DNA of 33,736 nt, taken from the NCBI GenBank assembly GCA_025964065.1, contig JAOPZO010000087.1, forward strand, positions 1 through 33,736. Direction: 5' to 3'. The notes under the pieces are model-generated. The model was not told where the DNA came from. It made no database searches and worked only from the letters and a program-made list of their open reading frames with translations. Shown piece by piece: positions 32,666 through 33,736 of this stretch. Within the stretch, counting starts at the first letter, position 1; each line of letters begins with the position of its first letter. A program made the position numbers and the translations under genes. Source of the stretch: Solirubrobacterales bacterium. Lineage in GTDB: Bacteria > Actinomycetota > Thermoleophilia > Solirubrobacterales > Solirubrobacteraceae.

Positions 32666-33736
32666 TCATCCACCGGCGCCGACCGGAAGGCTCAGCACGA
32701 AGCGGCCCCCGGGATGCCCATGGTCGACGACGAGGTCTCCGTGCATGCGACGGGCGAGCTCGCGCCCGATCGCCAAGCCAAGACCGAACCCGGGGCTCGT
32801 CGAGGCGGTGCTCCCGCGCTCGAAGCGCTCGAAGATCCGCTCCCGCTCGGCCGTCTCGACCCCGGGCCCGGCGTCCTCGACGACAAGCGTCGCCCGACCG
32901 GCGTGCATCGCGGTGCGCACCCGCAGTGTGGAGCCGGCCGGTGCGTGACGCAGCCCGTTGTCCAACAGGATCCGCAGGATCTGCGCCACCGCGCCCGGAT
33001 CCCCCAGTGCCTGTGCCGATCGGCTCGCATCGAGGTCCAGACGCACGTCGGCGGCCCGCGCCCGGCCGGCGAACTCCTCGAGGACCGACTGCGCCACGTT
33101 CCGCAGTGCGACGTTCTCCGCCAGGAGCACGGGGCTCGCGTCGGCGCGGCTGAGGTCGAGCAACTGGGCGGCCAGGGCGGACAACCGGACGGCCTGCGCC
33201 TCGGCACGCTCAGCCTGGACCCGGGCATCGGCGAGATCGGCGGGCTCGGCTTCCAGATCTCCGCGCAGCAGGTCCAGCATGAGCAGAAGCGAGGCCAGGG
33301 GCGTTCGCAGCTCGTGCGACGCGGTTGCGATGAACGACTTGCGTGACTGGTCCTGTTCGCGCAGCCGCGCCTGCATCTCGGAGAAGGCCCTCGTGAGGTC
33401 GCCCACCTCATCGCGGGTGTCGTCGGCCTGCAGCTCGGCGACGGGGCCCACGGCGGCGACCCGTAGCACGGCGTCGCGAAGGTCACCGAGCCGCCGGGTC
33501 AGGCCGGACGAGAGGACGACGCCGGCGAGCAGTGCGACCGCGAGGCTGATGCCAGCGGCGATCTCGAACTCGCGGCGCACCACCGCGGCGGCCTCCCGGG
33601 CTCCGTCGAGCGACCGGCGCAGGGCCAGGCCGTAGCGCCGATCTCCGATCTCGATCGCCACGGCGAACCGAGCCTCGCTCTCGCCCCCCTCGCCGTCTAT
33701 GCCCTTCGACGACCCGCCGGTCCGCGCCGCTGCCAC
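32666..33736 (-). CDS. HAMP-domain sensor histidine kinase, 5' part outside the window
   Basis: TM helix, HAMP DEVGDLTRAF, H-box ASHELRTPL, N-box LLDNGLRH, DAGPG, IFERF and GFGLGLAI. Confidence 0.93.
   Translation of the reverse strand: MAAARTGGSSKGIDGEGGESEARFAVAIEIGDRRYGLALRRSLDGAREAAAVVRREFEIAAGISLAVALLAGVVLSSGLTRRLGDLRDAVLRVAAVGPVAELQADDTRDEVGDLTRAFSEMQARLREQDQSRKSFIATASHELRTPLASLLLMLDLLRGDLEAEPADLADARVQAERAEAQAVRLSALAAQLLDLSRADASPVLLAENVALRNVAQSVLEEFAGRARAADVRLDLDASRSAQALGDPGAVAQILRILLDNGLRHAPAGSTLRVRTAMHAGRATLVVEDAGPGVETAERERIFERFERGSTASTSPGFGLGLAIGRELARRMHGDLVVDHGHPGGRFVLSLPVGAGG

Overview
Very GC-rich (by eye about 70-75%) actinobacterial DNA. The gene style and the C-terminal domain of the large secreted protein suggest class Thermoleophilia (inference). 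No rRNA, tRNA, CRISPR array, integrase or transposase is recognisable. From left to right: a decayed phosphotransferase-like gene and an uncharacterised Trp-rich protein; a membrane-anchored metallophosphoesterase; an OmpR-type response regulator followed by a heavily deleted copy of a second one; a ~17 kb nitrogen-scavenging block; an AfsR/SARP regulator facing a small-protein + MMPL operon across three 11-bp direct repeats; EamA and DUF4389 membrane proteins; a secreted 14-repeat beta-propeller/Ig protein; DedA; and a partial histidine kinase. The nitrogen block contains a coupled mgsABC-gmaS-FAD oxidoreductase operon (N-methylglutamate route for methylamine), a divergent GAF-PucR regulator, and an IclR-linked operon of sugar-type ABC importer, hydantoinase/oxoprolinase A+B and M20 amidohydrolase. 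The best leads are: (i) the nitrogen block as a possible cyclic-amide-to-methylamine pathway with a single-subunit N-methylglutamate oxidase; (ii) a CTCAY-N6-CTCAY-N10-(-10) promoter architecture found before three genes spread over 30 kb; (iii) the SARP/small protein/MMPL module. All product calls come from motif recognition, not database searches.
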